From Eledone cirrhosa (lineage: Eukaryota), in contig OZ024741.1 of assembly GCA_964016885.1 (NCBI GenBank), forward strand, positions 83,576,001-83,640,000: 64,000 nt of DNA, written 5' to 3'. The notes beneath the pieces are model-generated. The model was given only the letters and a program-made list of their open reading frames with translations. It was not told the DNA's origin and ran no database searches. Of the stretch, positions 10,626 through 27,231 are shown piece after piece. Each line of letters opens with the position of its first letter. Positions within the stretch are counted from its first letter, which is position 1. The position numbers and the translations under genes are program-made.

Positions 10626-13585
10626 ATGTCAGGGGCCTGGTGAAACTCAGCAACATGAGTAAAATTTCCTACCTGGGAGACTTAGCCATAAGCAATCAAG
10701 CACTATGCATGGCACTAACCGAAACGCACCTGACAAGCAGTATAGCAGATGCAGAAATACATATACCGAAATATACTGTATTTCGTTCGGACAGGAAGGA
10801 GAGAACTCATGGTGGGTTTGCTCTGTATATCCGTGAAGATGTCACACCAATTGTACTGTTGACACATTCAAACTCAGTCTGTGACACACTGATAATACAT
10901 ATGAAGCAACTACAGACGGTAATATGTGTCACCTATCGGCCGCCCGATGCCCCCAGTCATGAGGGTAAATTTGAGGATAGCCTAAGTAGGATAGAAGAGG
11001 TCCTTGACAAACTGGACCAGGGTCTCAAAATCCTACTGCTGGGAGACTTCAACCTACCAAAGGTCAAATGGCCTGAGGGCCACCTCCTCCCTGGAATGAC
11101 GTCAATAGAACAGAGACAGACGGAATCCCTGCTGGCCCTCACACACAGGCTGTTCATGGAGCAAGCAATACTCCTCCCAACAAGAGGCGAAAATGTCCTG
11201 GACCTCTGTTTTACGAACAACGAAGTGCTCATCCACAATGTAAAGGTGACACCAGCAATTCTCTCGGATCATAACTTAGTAGAGCTAATGATATGTGGTC
11301 CAAGAGAACCAACAGAGACAAAACCACCAAGAAGCTCCGGGACGCTATCCAACCTTAACTTATACAAGGCTAACTGGAAAAAGATTAAGAGTGAAATCCG
11401 GAAGCAAACATGGAGTGAAAACATCGCCACACAAGACACTAACACACAATTTCAACACTTCATGACAACGATACACACCTTATGCAAAAAGTGTGTCCCG
11501 GAGAAAGAGGCAAACAGACACAAAAATCTTATTCCCAGAGATAGGAAAATCCTTATGAGACGTAGAACTAAACTCTCAAACCAGTTGAATAGTCAACAAA
11601 ACCAAAACAAGAAGTAATCCTATTTGAAACGTGCACTACTTGACACCGAGATTGCACTCAAACTTTCACATGAGAATGAGAGGGCAAAGAAAGAGAACAG
11701 GGCCAGAGAAAACATTAAAACAAACCCTAAGGCCTTCTTTAAATTTGCAAAAGAAACTGCCTCAGTACACTGCAAGATTGGACCACTCTTCCACACGGAC
11801 GGTTCATTAACCGAAAATCCCCAAGAGATATGTGAAATACTGAACGAACAGTACAAAAGTGTCTTCACATGTCCACTGAGGCACATGCAAATAACGAAGC
11901 CAGAGGAGTTATTTGATGCCACAACACTGCATCAAGAAATGGCAACCATCAACCACATAGACATAACGGAGGAGGATGTGGTGTACGCCATTGATGAAAT
12001 TAGAACAGACTCGGCTGCTGGACCTGATGGATTCCCAGCAGTTCTCCTAAAAATATGTAAGCGGGCCTTAGCAACTCCACTGAAGATGCTCTTCAGAAGC
12101 TCCTTGGCTAGCGGTGTACTACCCAGGGAGCTGAAAGAAGGCACAATATGCCCTATCCATAAAGGAGGTAGTAGAGCGGAGGCCAAGAACTATAGGCCAG
12201 TCTCCCTGACGTCGCATATCAGTAAGGTCATGGAGCGAGTCGTCAGAAAGAAACTAATCACTTTCCTCGAAGAAAATGACCGCCTGACTAGCACGCAACA
12301 TGGCTTCCGCCCAGGAAGAAGCTGCCTTACAGAGCTGCTACATCACTACGACTGGGTACTGAGACAACTACTAGACAGCTCACATGTAGACGTGATATAT
12401 CTTGACTTTGCGAAGGCCTTTGACAAGGTTGACCACGGAATGATATGTCACAAACTACACGGTCTCGGCATAACTGGAAAAGTAGGTGAGTGGCTGCATG
12501 GCTTCCTAAGGGACAGAAGCCAGGCAGTCGCAGCAAATGGGGCCCTCTCGAGGGAAACACCGATAACAAGTGGGGTGCCCCAGGGGACAGTCCTGGGACC
12601 ACTACTGTTTTTGGTGGCTCTCTCGGACATGCCCTCTGTGGTGCATGCAACAACATCCCTCACTAGCTATGCTGATGACACTAAGGTAGCACAGGCAATC
12701 AAAAACCCGGCTGACGCTGCCCTCTTACAGCAGGATCTGGATGCCATATACAGATGGGCGGAAGACAACAACATGCAGTTTAATGCTGGCAAATTCCAAG
12801 CCCTACAATACAAACCTGCAAACACAAACACAAATATAGCGGAACACAGCTACACAGGACCAGGAGGGACCGATATCCCCGTGTCAAAATCGATACGAGA
12901 CCTGGGCATAGACATGAGCGATGATGCATCTTTTTCTTCACACATCATGAAGGTGGCGACAACATGCAGACGATTTGCTGGCTGGATCTTGAGGACTTTC
13001 CTTACAAGAGATCGAGACACTATGTTGACACTGTGGAGAACTTTTGTCCTAAGCCGCCTGGACTACTGCTCCCAGCTGTGGTCACCCCATAGTGTCAAAC
13101 TAACCACGGAGCTTGAGGCAATCCAGCGAAGCTACACCAAGAGGATTGCCAAGATGAGGGAGACAAACTACTGGGAGAGGCTAAAGGAACTGAACCTCTA
13201 CTCCTTGGAGCGAAGACGGGAGAGATACGCAGTGATCTACATGTGGAAAATCCTGGAGAGACTAGCACCAAACTTTGGCATTGGGAGCTGGACCAACCGT
13301 CGAACAGGACGTCACTGTGTGGTGCCAAAGGTCCCGTCTTCCACGTCTAGAATAAGGAGCAGGTATTGCAATAGCCTGGGATTCAAGGGCCCTCAACTCT
13401 TCAACAGGCTGCCGAGACATCTGCGAGACTTGCATGACGTGGAGGTGGATGTCTTTAAGAAACATCTCGACACCTTATTATCCAGGATCCCGGATGAGCC
13501 CACAGCAAGACACGAGGGAAACCTAAGGGCAGCAGCAACAAACTCCCTCCTACACCAGTGGCCAACCTATACAGGCTGGAGATAA
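10544..13585 (+). pseudogene. LINE A ORF2: APE endonuclease + reverse transcriptase with a single premature stop
   Basis: ORFs 10544..11617 and 11624..13585 are in the same frame, split by one TAA at 11615-11617. Motifs LLNVRGL, LTETHL, YRPP, GDFN, SDHN, YLDFAKAFD, GVPQGTVLGP, YADD. Confidence 0.95.
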
Positions 13586-13658
13586 AATGTGTAGCAACAA
13601 GGGCGGTGCCCCAGCATGGCCTCAGCCGGATGGCTGAAACAGGTAAAAGAGTAAAAGA

Positions 13659-13762
<104 letters not shown>

Positions 13763-13771
13763 AAATATATG

Positions 13772-13803
<32 letters not shown>

Positions 13804-13945
13804 TATATGTGTATATATATGTATATATATATATATATATATGTGTGTATATATATATATATGTATATATATATGTATATATATATATATATATATGTAC
13901 ATATATATATGTTTATATATATGTATATATATGTATATATATATG

Positions 13946-14038
<93 letters not shown>

Positions 14039-14173
14039 GTATATATATATGTATATATATATATATATATATGTACATATATATATGTATATATATATAT
14101 ATGTATATATATATATGTACATATATATATGTATATATATCTATATATCTATATATATATATATATATTTATA

Positions 14174-16070
14174 TTAAGAGAGTAAAACAAAGAATCCTTT
14201 AATACATCAAAAGTTTTTATTAGCCGACAATGTTAAGGACTCATCAGGGCAATCAAAACAACAAGAGGTAATATCGGCAGATACAAGCCGGAAACTCTGA
14301 GCGCACATAAACTTATTGCCAACCCCTCCAGACTGACTATGATTATATTTAACACCCCCCCCCCTTTTTTTATGCTCCGTTCTATTATTTATTATAGTAT
14401 ATCGACTATATTTTATGCCACTTCGCACCCTCCATATATTTCGTCAATTCTGTCCCCATTAGCCTACCTTAATTCTACTTAAGTCAGTTTTTTAGATATC
14501 GTTGCGTATATGATAGTATAACATTTTCATTCCTTTTTGTAAACATTTGTAACGATACATTAAAGTTTATATACTTTAATGACTTAAACTACAGCTAATA
14601 TTATACTACCTTATTGGACGGGTTTGATATTTTTAATATTAATTTATCAAATAGGGTTTGGAGTCAATTAAAATGATTGTTTTCCTTAGTGTTTACCTAA
14701 TTTCTTAAATGCACGCGAGGCCTAAGTGTGTATATATTTGCTTTTGTTTTGTAGTTTCCGGTTGATTGTATTTATTTATTTTCTTCTATATTCTATTTGC
14801 TATTCACTGTCTGGCGTTGCTTACTCATCCACATATGTCTGTCTACTAACCTTGTAATTATAAGTATTTATATATTTTATGCCAATTTATAATATATTAT
14901 ATTATATTGTATTGTAATATTGATCCTTATTACTTACTGTTCATTATATGTAACATTATGATATTTAAACTTTATATATCATGTAAGATGTCTGGATTTT
15001 TGTAATATTGTAATATTGATCCTTATTACTTACTGTTCATTATATGTAACATTATGATATTTAGACTTTACATATCATGTAAGATGTCTGTATATTTTTT
15101 TCTGTAACATCATAATTTTTCCCTGTACCTTTATAGTGTTTTTTTGAGTATTATATAATTTATTTTTCCTCATTTATTCTGTAACCCAGTATGAATAGAT
15201 TTGTATATATTGTTTATGGTAAATGTTAGTACACTGTTAACGTATTATCATTGTATTTTATTGTGACATCTATATTGTTTCTGTAAATTAACCGGGGATT
15301 ATCTATTTTATTTTATTATATTATATTGAATTATATAATTTTGTTGTTTATTATTTGTTATATGTGTTTCTTGTAATTATATCATATTATTGCCTCATGT
15401 ATATTGGGTAGATGTATTAGTATTATTTTCACTCTTATCATGCTTATTTTTATATTCAAACTTCTAATAGGGCTCAATTTTGTGTAGTGGAACATAGATG
15501 GGTGTGTTGTTATATATGTGTGTGTGTGTGTGCGCACATATATACATGTATATATTGTACCTTTTGATTTTTAATTTGTAATTTTAATGTTGGTAAAAGT
15601 ATATTATTATTATAATGTATTATATTGTGTTATATATAATTCCTGCTCTATATAACCAAATTTGTTTAGATTTAGGTTAGTTGCTTTGGACTATATTTGT
15701 AATATGGTTCTTAATGTTATCTACATCCTTAATTATTCTTATTATATATTTTTATTATTTTTATTTTTATTTTCATTTTTATTATCATATATTTTTGTAA
15801 GACATTAGTGTATGTACACTCCATATTCTTCAGAGTTTCCGGCTTGTATCTGCCGATATTACCTCTTGTTGTTTTGATTGCCCTGATGAGTCCTTAATAG
15901 GACGAAACATTGTCGGCTAATAAACACTTTTGATGTATTAAAGGATTCTTTGTTTTACTCTCTTAATTTTTTGGCTCTGTTTAACTGCATTGAGCTGTAC
16001 CTTTTACTGTCATTTCTATAATACGAAGAGGGTGTTTGACTCTAACACGCTCCAGTATTCTAATCCTTAT
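14174..16070 (+). mobile_element. Non-coding PLE-derived element with inverted pseudo-LTR at its 5' end
   Basis: 14174-14300 is the reverse complement of 15830-15966. AT-rich interior with an ~85 bp duplication (14911-14995 / 15008-15090). HHR in the right arm; flanked by (TA)n. Confidence 0.75.
15877..15921 (+). ncRNA. Minimal type I hammerhead ribozyme
   Basis: ATTGCC-CTGATGA-GTCC ttaata GGAC-GAAA-CATTG-TC-GGCtAAT; canonical core, GUC site. Confidence 0.9.
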
Positions 16071-16109
16071 ATATATTTATATATATATATGTATATATAT
16101 ATATGTATG

Positions 16110-16169
<60 letters not shown>

Positions 16170-16477
16170 GAAATTACATGAATCAAAGTTCAGTTTAAAT
16201 CATTTATTTGCTTACAATTGTTTTCTCCAAACCGAGGTTTGGATTCTTCGGAGCAACTATTTAGTGATTTTTTACATACTTGACCTCCTTTTCAACACAA
16301 GAGACATATAAAAACATATGTATACATTGACCCACAGTGGGTTGACACCCATCATAATAATATAGCGTGGCAATTTACATACAAAGGTTACATTCATATT
16401 AAAGGACAAAATTAAAGTTAAAATAAAAATTAAAATAAAAGTAAAACATTGGCAGTTTAGATAAAAAATGGTTAATC

Positions 16478-16855
16478 AAGGATATCTTATACTCATGCAC
16501 AGTCACAACTATCAACTGTTCTGAAACCTATATAGGCTCTACTTCTAACTGCTTCAAAACTAGATACAATTCGCACCTCCACTCTTTCAAAAACCACAAT
16601 CTAGCCAACTCCACTTCACTATCTAGCTACATACACTATCTAAAAACTAAAAATAAACCATATACACTTAAATGGCAAGTGATAGATAATGCGACATCGT
16701 ACAAACCACCTAATAAATGTTGTAACCTCTGTCTACTAGAGACCCATACTATCATCTTCTCTAACCATAACCTCCTTAATAAAAAATCAGAAGTGTTCGC
16801 GTCTTGCCAACACCGCTTCCGACACTCTTTCCAAAACTTTAAACCCAATATATAA
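16478..16855 (+). pseudogene. PLE GIY-YIG endonuclease domain (no start codon; absent from ORF track)
   Basis: Manual translation: KDILYSCTV...ETYIGSTSNCFKTRYNSHLHSF...TLKWQVI...CNLCLLE...LLNKKSEVFASCQHR...KPNI*. Uninterrupted and homologous to the C-terminus of 39133..40497. Confidence 0.9.
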
Positions 16856-18337
16856 CAATGTCAGACTTGAACCCGTCACCACCTCTAGCAACTAGCATCA
16901 GAGGCACACCTTACACCTCATCTCCACACCCATTAATCCACTTTAACGCAAATAGTGGAACCCTAATAGTACCTTTTTACCCTAGAGATATCCCCATGTA
17001 CTTCTACTTTTGGTATATTGGCCTTGAATTACTTGGACTACATTGCACTAATATATAATTAATGTAAACTGTAGGCACTGAATTGGTTGTGCTAACATTG
17101 TCCTGTGCATGGAGTGCCACCATAGGATAGATAGAAGATTAAGTAATTAATTTATTAAAAGGGCTATATATTCTATATGCTGAGTATAATGAATTGTGTA
17201 CAGGTGATATATGAGTTATCAGTATATGTATGGCTTGATGGCCAGATTAATGTCTTTGTGTGAGAGAATTGATCTCTGGACCACCCTGGTGATATTTAAC
17301 TTTGCCATGCATTCAGACATACAATGACCCAAAGCTTGCCGGGAATCATATATAGTAATAAGACCCTGCCAGGTTCTGCGGGTGGACTACACTTACTTAG
17401 ATCATTGATTTGGAGGTCTGACTCTTCTTGTAGAATGTTCTGTTGTGGCCCTCCATGATAGAAGGTAATCATCCTGACATGAACACCTTTAGTACTTCTT
17501 GATAGACTACACTGTAATTTATAGATAAGATACTTAAATTTAGAAATCGTTTATAACCTTATATGATAGGGACTCATTTGAAACACCAATAATGTACTTT
17601 AGGATAATAAATTTAACTATGAAAATCAGCTAGTTACCTCCCCTTACGCAATAACTCCCCTTAATCACACACACACTTCCGGAATATAATACAACGTCAT
17701 CTCTCACAACAAAAACAACCTGATCTATGAATCAAATTAAGGAACGACAAGATGATTTATAACATGGTTCACCAGGCACCCAATGTTGAATCATCGTGGA
17801 TTGTTTGATGGACATGTAGTCTATAAATTGCGTTTCCTGGATTGTGTGAGTGGTGGTGGGTGCGAGGACAGTGGTGTGTTTTGCTTCTCATTTGTAATAT
17901 CTTTGATATTTTTGGTGTTTCTCTACAAACGGGCTTATATATCATACAGGTGTGTGTGAAAAATACTTTAACAATACAGCCCCCATGATGCTATTAATTG
18001 CCTGCTTTAACAGCTTGTATTTACATGTAACAATCTGCCGCAATATAATCCTGTATAAATAAGACACGCGTGCATGCCACACGTGAGACTTTTCATACAC
18101 TGACTATTATAAACTTTCCTCTTGCGTTATCTTCATAAACTGCCAAAGTTTTATTTTTATTTTAATTTTAATTTTAACTTTCATTTTGGCCTTTAATATG
18201 AATGTAACCTTTGTATGTAAATTGCCATGCTATATTATTATGATGGATGTCAACCCACTGTGGGTCAATGTATACATATGTTTTTATATGTCTCTTGTGT
18301 TGAAAAGGAGGTCAAGTATGCAAAAAGCACTAAATAG

Positions 18338-18386
18338 TTGCTCCGAAGAATCCAAACCTCGGTTTGGAGGAAACAATTGTAAGCAA
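18338..18386 (+). ncRNA. Type I hammerhead ribozyme, U4C core variant
   Basis: TTGCT-CCGAAGA-aTCCAAAC ctcg GTTTGGAg-GAAA-CAATTG-TA-AGCAA. Further copies at 16209-16257 (-, mutated), 24182-24230 (-) and 24570-24618 (+). Confidence 0.85.
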
Positions 18387-18588
18387 ATAAATGATTTAAA
18401 CTGAACTTTGATTCATGTAATTTCTATATAACTGCTCTGTAAAACAACTGATCTTATTACATTGAGCTATTTATCTTACTGGTAATAAGATAGTAATGAA
18501 TTACTGTCTTTCACTATTTAGAGATTAAAATATATATAACCATAAAAGGTTTTATTATATACATAACCATAAATAGTATCCTTAATAC

Positions 18589-18682
<94 letters not shown>

Positions 18683-18683
18683 G

Positions 18684-19005
<322 letters not shown>

Positions 19006-19011
19006 AATGTT

Positions 19012-19134
<123 letters not shown>

Positions 19135-19157
19135 GTATATATGTATATATATATATG

Positions 19158-19311
<154 letters not shown>

Positions 19312-19322
19312 CATATATATAC

Positions 19323-19387
<65 letters not shown>

Positions 19388-19444
19388 TACATATATATAC
19401 ATATATATACATATATACATATATATACATATATATATATATAT

Positions 19445-19520
<76 letters not shown>

Positions 19521-19562
19521 TGTATATATATGTATATATGGATATATATGTATATATATGTA

Positions 19563-19635
<73 letters not shown>

Positions 19636-19648
19636 GTATATATATATG

Positions 19649-20189
<541 letters not shown>

Positions 20190-20203
20190 TATATATATAC
20201 ATG

Positions 20204-20239
<36 letters not shown>

Positions 20240-20245
20240 AATATG

Positions 20246-20277
<32 letters not shown>

Positions 20278-20278
20278 A

Positions 20279-20454
<176 letters not shown>

Positions 20455-20466
20455 TTAGTATAGATG

Positions 20467-20517
20467 AGATTCTACAGGACTAGAACTGTTTCATTCTTTA
20501 GAAATCATCAGGAATCT
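20467..20517 (-). ncRNA. Type I hammerhead ribozyme in a ~155 bp element (20451-20606)
   Basis: AGATTC-CTGATGA-tTTCT aa AGAAt-GAAA-CAG ttctagtc CTG-TA-GAATCT: 6 bp stem I, 4 bp stem III, GUA site. Confidence 0.88.
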
Positions 20518-20604
20518 GGGTATCAAAAAATAAAAATGTTATTTATAGGTCTCTACAAGTGGTAGGAGAGGGTGGGGGTTACCTCCGATTCAACCCGGAA
20601 TAAC

Positions 20605-20716
<112 letters not shown>

Positions 20717-20764
20717 GTATATATATGTATATATGTATATATATGTATATATATGTATATATGG

Positions 20765-20796
<32 letters not shown>

Positions 20797-20822
20797 GTAT
20801 ATATATATGTATATATATATTG

Positions 20823-20937
<115 letters not shown>

Positions 20938-20942
20938 GTATA

Positions 20943-21233
<291 letters not shown>

Positions 21234-21252
21234 GTATATATATACATATATG

Positions 21253-21304
<52 letters not shown>

Positions 21305-21311
21305 TATATGC

Positions 21312-21409
<98 letters not shown>

Positions 21410-21415
21410 GTGTAC

Positions 21416-21453
<38 letters not shown>

Positions 21454-21494
21454 GTACATATATATATATATGTATATATATATATGTATATATG

Positions 21495-21559
<65 letters not shown>

Positions 21560-21574
21560 GAATATATATCTATA

Positions 21575-21626
<52 letters not shown>

Positions 21627-21628
21627 TA

Positions 21629-21703
<75 letters not shown>

Positions 21704-21704
21704 G

Positions 21705-22630
<926 letters not shown>

Positions 22631-22640
22631 TTCATTATGA

Positions 22641-22735
<95 letters not shown>

Positions 22736-22784
22736 GTATATATATATATGCATATATATATATGCATATATATATATTATATGC

Positions 22785-22816
<32 letters not shown>

Positions 22817-22829
22817 GCATATATATATA

Positions 22830-22890
<61 letters not shown>

Positions 22891-22901
22891 GCATATTTAT
22901 A

Positions 22902-22940
<39 letters not shown>

Positions 22941-22978
22941 ATATATATGTATATATATATATGTATATATATATATGC

Positions 22979-23050
<72 letters not shown>

Positions 23051-23082
23051 GTATTTATATATATATATATATGTGTACATAA

Positions 23083-23202
<120 letters not shown>

Positions 23203-23281
23203 GCATATATATATGTATATGCAAATATATATGCATATATATATATATATGCATATATATATATATGTGTATATATATATC

Positions 23282-23312
<31 letters not shown>

Positions 23313-23371
23313 GCATATATATATATATATATATATGCATTATGTATATATATATATATGCATATATACAC

Positions 23372-23440
<69 letters not shown>

Positions 23441-23544
23441 TATATACTTATATGAGGTTGAAGGAACAGAATAGCGGTCGCCCTCGGGTCTTCGATTTTC
23501 AGCCCCATGGATTTTATCTATTACATTCACGTATTATATTTCGA

Positions 23545-23602
23545 ATACCTGATGATATCACCGGATACATACGGAACCCGGTCATTGAAATGATCATAGT
23601 AT
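23545..23602 (+). ncRNA. Type I hammerhead ribozyme in a ~200 bp element (23452-23655)
   Basis: ATAC-CTGATGA-tatcACCGG..CCGGTcatt-GAAA-TGATCA-TA-GTAT; palindromic stem III ATGATCAT, AUA site. Confidence 0.78.
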
Positions 23603-23749
23603 AATAAACCTTTCAAGGATTTACACAAATCCAGCCTCCTGTCATTTCATTATGATATATGTATATATATATATATATATATGTAGATATATATATGTAT
23701 ATATATATATGTATATATATAAGTATATATATATATGCATATATATATA

Positions 23750-23824
<75 letters not shown>

Positions 23825-23837
23825 GCATATATATATA

Positions 23838-23898
<61 letters not shown>

Positions 23899-24007
23899 GT
23901 ATATATATATATGCATATATATATATATGTATATATATATATATGTATGTATATATATATATGTATATATATATGTGTATATATATATATGCATATATAT
24001 ATATATA

Positions 24008-24075
<68 letters not shown>

Positions 24076-24085
24076 CATATATATG

Positions 24086-24116
<31 letters not shown>

Positions 24117-24140
24117 ATATAAATATATATATATATATGT

Positions 24141-24827
24141 ATAGAGATTACAGTAATCAAAGTTCAGTTTAAGTCATTTATTTGCTTACAATTGTTTCCT
24201 CCAAACCGAGGTTTGGATTCTTCGGAGCAACTATTTATAACATACTTGACCTCCTTTTCAACCCAAGAGACACATAAAACATATGCGCATATTGATCAAC
24301 AGTGGGGTGACATTCATCAAATGATATAGCATGGCAATTTACATATAAAGGTTACAGGATAAAAATAAAATAAAATAAAGACAAGAGTGAAAATAAGGGT
24401 GAAAATAAAGATAAACATGAAGCGTTGGCAGTCTATGAAGATAAAGCAAGTTGAAAGCTTAGAGTAGTCAGTGTATGAAACAATCTCCCGTGTAGCATAC
24501 ACGGGTGTCTTATCTTTATGTTTTACGTGTCTCTTGGGTTGAAAAGGAGGTCAAGTATGTTATAAATAGTTGCTCCGAAGAATCCAAACCTCGGTTTGGA
24601 GGAAACAATTGTAAGCAAATAAATGACTTAAACTGAACTTTGATTACTGTAATCTCTATATAACTGCTCTGTAAAACATCTGATGTTATTACATTGAGCT
24701 ATTTATCTTACTGGTAATAGGATAGTAATTAATGACTATCTCTCACTATTTAGGGTTTGTGTAAATATAATATATTACCATCAAAGGTGTTATTGCATAC
24801 ATAACCATAAATAGTACCCTTAATACT
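24141..24827 (+). mobile_element. Fold-back pseudo-LTR of the same PLE family as 16167-18587, no coding part
   Basis: 24141-24280 is inverted at 24520-24660, with intact HHRs on both strands. Same 3' terminus (CTTAATAC-TA) as 18587. Confidence 0.85.
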
Positions 24828-24832
24828 ATATA

Positions 24833-24902
<70 letters not shown>

Positions 24903-24909
<7 letters not shown>

Positions 24910-25220
24910 GTGAGGTTTTTTTTACAAAATGAAAAATAACCGAGGTGTCCTACACGAGTGGAAGTATAAAGAAAAAGGGATGAAATCGAAAATGCAACTG
25001 AAGTCTTATTTTTTTTTAAATATATATATTTATTTGGGTGCTTTACCGGTTTCGCAGTTCTTCTGCTTTTCAAAAGGTGAGTTGAGATGGAGGGTCTGTG
25101 GTTTTTCTCACCTTTTGAAAAGCAGAAGAACTGCGAAACCGGTAAAGGAACCAAATAAATATATATATTTTTAAAAAAATAAGTCTTCAGTTGCATTTTC
25201 GATTTCATCCCTTTTTCTTT
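24903..25220. mobile_element. Fold-back pair of HHR element family F1
   Basis: Same sequence as 1137-1510 with a different inversion junction (~25107); HHRs at 25040-25077 (-) and 25111-25148 (+). Confidence 0.88.
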
Positions 25221-25250
25221 ATATATATATATATATATATATTATATATG

Positions 25251-25285
<35 letters not shown>

Positions 25286-25343
25286 GTATATATATATATG
25301 TATATATATATGCATATATATATGTATATGCAAATATATATGC

Positions 25344-25378
<35 letters not shown>

Positions 25379-25452
25379 TATATAGATATGTATATATATA
25401 TATGCATATATATATATGCATTATGTATATATATATATATATGCATATATAC

Positions 25453-25505
<53 letters not shown>

Positions 25506-25561
25506 TATATACTTATATATATATATGTATATTTATATATATATATATATGCATATATACT

Positions 25562-25632
<71 letters not shown>

Positions 25633-25695
25633 ATATATATACATATATACATATATATGTATATATATATATGCATATATACATATGTATATATG

Positions 25696-25882
<187 letters not shown>

Positions 25883-25883
25883 T

Positions 25884-25925
<42 letters not shown>

Positions 25926-25935
25926 TGTATATATA

Positions 25936-26658
25936 GTATAGAATGAAACGAAATTTCATTTCTCACTCTTAGTACGGCACTTATTTAAATGTAAATATGT
26001 ATGTATACGTACATACATATATGTATACAGACGTACAGTACCATGTATATATATACATACAGGCACACATATATATATATGCACGTATCAGTTTACCGAA
26101 CATTTATTATAATGCTCGGTTTGTTCGTTTGTAAACAAACAAACAGCCTGAATTACGCCGTACAGTGTTTAGGCAACCACGTCACCTTTTTGTTCAACAC
26201 TGACACAGGAACGATGTACTAGTTTCAAGCTTATTAGCTATCGTCAGCACCGTATACCTTTCTGCCAGATGGTTGAACGTCCGAAAGTATATACTTTCCT
26301 TATGAAAATTAACGGCTGAGCAGCCTCATTTGCATATCGAGTGAGTTCAGTCGGCCAGGCGCACCGAAAACGATAAATGGAATAGAATGAAACGAAATTT
26401 CATTTCTCACTCTTAATACGGCACTTACTTAAATGTAAGTATGTATGTATACGTACATACATATATGTATACAGACGTACAGTAGCATGTATATATATAA
26501 TTCAGGCTGTTTGTTCACAAACGAACAAACCGAGCATTATAATAAATGTTCGGTAAACTGATACGTGCATATATATATATGTGTGCCTGTATGTATATAT
26601 ATACATGCTACTGTACGTCTGTATACACATATGTATGTACGTATACATACATACTTAC
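25936..26658 (-). mobile_element. Retrozyme-like element, ~444 nt monomer with terminal direct repeat and inverted segment
   Basis: GAATGAAACGAAATTTCATTTCTCACTC at 25941 and 26385; 26498-26658 inverts ~25995-26155. Homologous to the 38001 family. Confidence 0.8.
26212..26252 (-). ncRNA. Minimal type I hammerhead ribozyme
   Basis: CGGTG-CTGACGA-tAGCT aata AGCTt-GAAA-CTAG-TA-CATCG; palindromic stem III ACTAGT, GUA site. Confidence 0.87.
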
Positions 26659-26883
26659 CTTCGTGAGCCTCTTTGTTTCAAGTAAAAAGAAATTCAAACA
26701 CTCATATATGAAAAAACAACCTGTGACAACCCCCCCCCCCCTCTTATTTGAAGAACTATTGTAACGCGAACTGGCGCGAAATTTATTATAATTATTGACA
26801 AACCAATCAAATTACTTCTCGAAAAACCTGGAATTTCGAGTCACTTTTTCCATATAAAACAAGTAACATTCAGAGACCAACCA

Positions 26884-27026
26884 GATGTAAGAAAAACCAC
26901 AGACCCTCCATCTCAACTCACCTTTTGAAAAGCAGAAGAACTGCGAAACCGGTAAAGGAACCAAATAAATATATATATTTTAAAAAAAATAAGACTTCAG
27001 TTGCATTTTCGATTTCATCTCTTTTT

Positions 27027-27030
<4 letters not shown>
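26884..27030 (+). mobile_element. HHR element family F1 copy
   Basis: Matches 1362-1510; U3-A8 HHR at 26921-26958. Confidence 0.85.
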
Positions 27031-27057
<27 letters not shown>

Positions 27058-27062
<5 letters not shown>

Positions 27063-27231
27063 AAGAGGGATTCCTTTTAATTCCTCATCTGAGACATGTG
27101 ACCTCTGCGTGGAGGAGATATTCTTTATATTAAAATCTAAAAATTCCCTTAATCTAAGGAGCAATTTATTCAGTTGCTGCAGACATAGATTGAACTCAAC
27201 GTTTAAATATAAATATAAATTTAAAATGTAG
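27058..27231 (+). pseudogene. C-terminal fragment of PLE GIY-YIG endonuclease
   Basis: CDLCVEEIFFILKSKNSLNLRSNLFSCCRHR matches the CxLCxxE...LNxRxE...CRH tail of the other PLE ORFs in the window. Confidence 0.75.

Larger units (their letters stand above)
16167..18587 (+). mobile_element. 5'-truncated Penelope-like element with inverted pseudo-LTR
   Basis: 16167-16460 is an inverted copy of ~18135-18428. It is followed by GIY-YIG coding sequence, a ~1.3 kb 3' UTR and an HHR-bearing pLTR; flanked by (TA)n. Confidence 0.9.
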
